Below are positions 63,764-64,000 of a stretch of DNA of 64,000 nucleotides, piece after piece (positions within the stretch are counted from its first letter, which is position 1; each line of letters starts with the position of its first letter). The notes under the pieces are model-generated. The model worked only from the letters and a program-made list of their open reading frames with translations, had not been told where the DNA came from and ran no database searches. Source of the stretch: a virus (lineage: Duplodnaviria > Caudoviricetes). The translations under genes and the position numbers were made by a program. The stretch covers positions 15,992 through 79,991 of the IMG/VR virus record IMGVR_UViG_2600255093_000008; one strand, written 5' to 3'.

Positions 63764-64000
63764 GTGACGAACACTGCGATGGCAAAAGGCGAGAAGAAGA
63801 AATTGGTCAACGACGATGACGTGACGAGCGTTAAGGCTCGCGTGAAAGTCGCGAAGTTGATCCGAAAATACGCGGCCCTCCTGGAGGTAAACCAGGAGGA
63901 GATTCTGGATCGCTACACGCAGCGAATCGAAGACGACTTGTACGCTGAAATGGCTAAGCAACAGGCTCAGAAGAATCGCCCGTCGGGACCAAAGTCGTAA
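63764..64000 (+). CDS. Divergent RHH-like repressor candidate
   Basis: VTSVKARVKVAKLIRKYAALLEVNQEEILDRY strand-helix-helix. Confidence 0.6.
   Translation: MTNTAMAKGEKKKLVNDDDVTSVKARVKVAKLIRKYAALLEVNQEEILDRYTQRIEDDLYAEMAKQQAQKNRPSGPKS

Larger units (their letters stand above)
17006..64000 (-). mobile_element. Prophage 2 (lambda/Mu-like head, siphovirus tail); right end outside window
   Basis: Regulation-replication-packaging-head-tail-lysis gene order, ending at the att copy. Confidence 0.92.

Overview
The window holds two tandem siphovirus-like prophages, probably in a Planctomycetota (Gemmataceae-like) host. The host assignment is inferred from recalled family resemblances (DUF1580-like HTH, Cys-rich secreted proteins). 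They meet at a 44-bp 3'-half tRNA-His(GTG) att copy (16962-17005, minus strand). Prophage 1 (<1-16961, mostly + strand, visibly lower GC) runs from an HK97-type portal end through protease, capsid, neck, tail tube, -1 frameshift chaperone, tape measure and tail tip/fibre. It continues with two glycosyltransferases, morons, a candidate origin, a DUF5131 gene, Xis and a tyrosine integrase. Prophage 2 (17006->64000, mostly - strand, high GC) runs right to left: RHH-type switch, early genes, SNF2 helicase plus MTase, split PrimPol/helicase with a mirror-symmetric iteron origin, ParB-like protein and terminase. It then has a QueC-like plus Tad1-like cassette, an extended portal, head and tail genes, glycosyltransferases, a beta-helix spike, a papain-like protease in the lysis position, and a + strand accessory block with a region-4-less sigma factor. 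The strongest unexplained signals are three: a 16-nt motif present 8 times in front of prophage 2 genes (5 directly abutting SD-less ATGs), two covarying tRNA-like structured RNAs in the early operon, and the Tad1/QueC-like cassette. All family assignments come from motif recognition by eye, not database searches.
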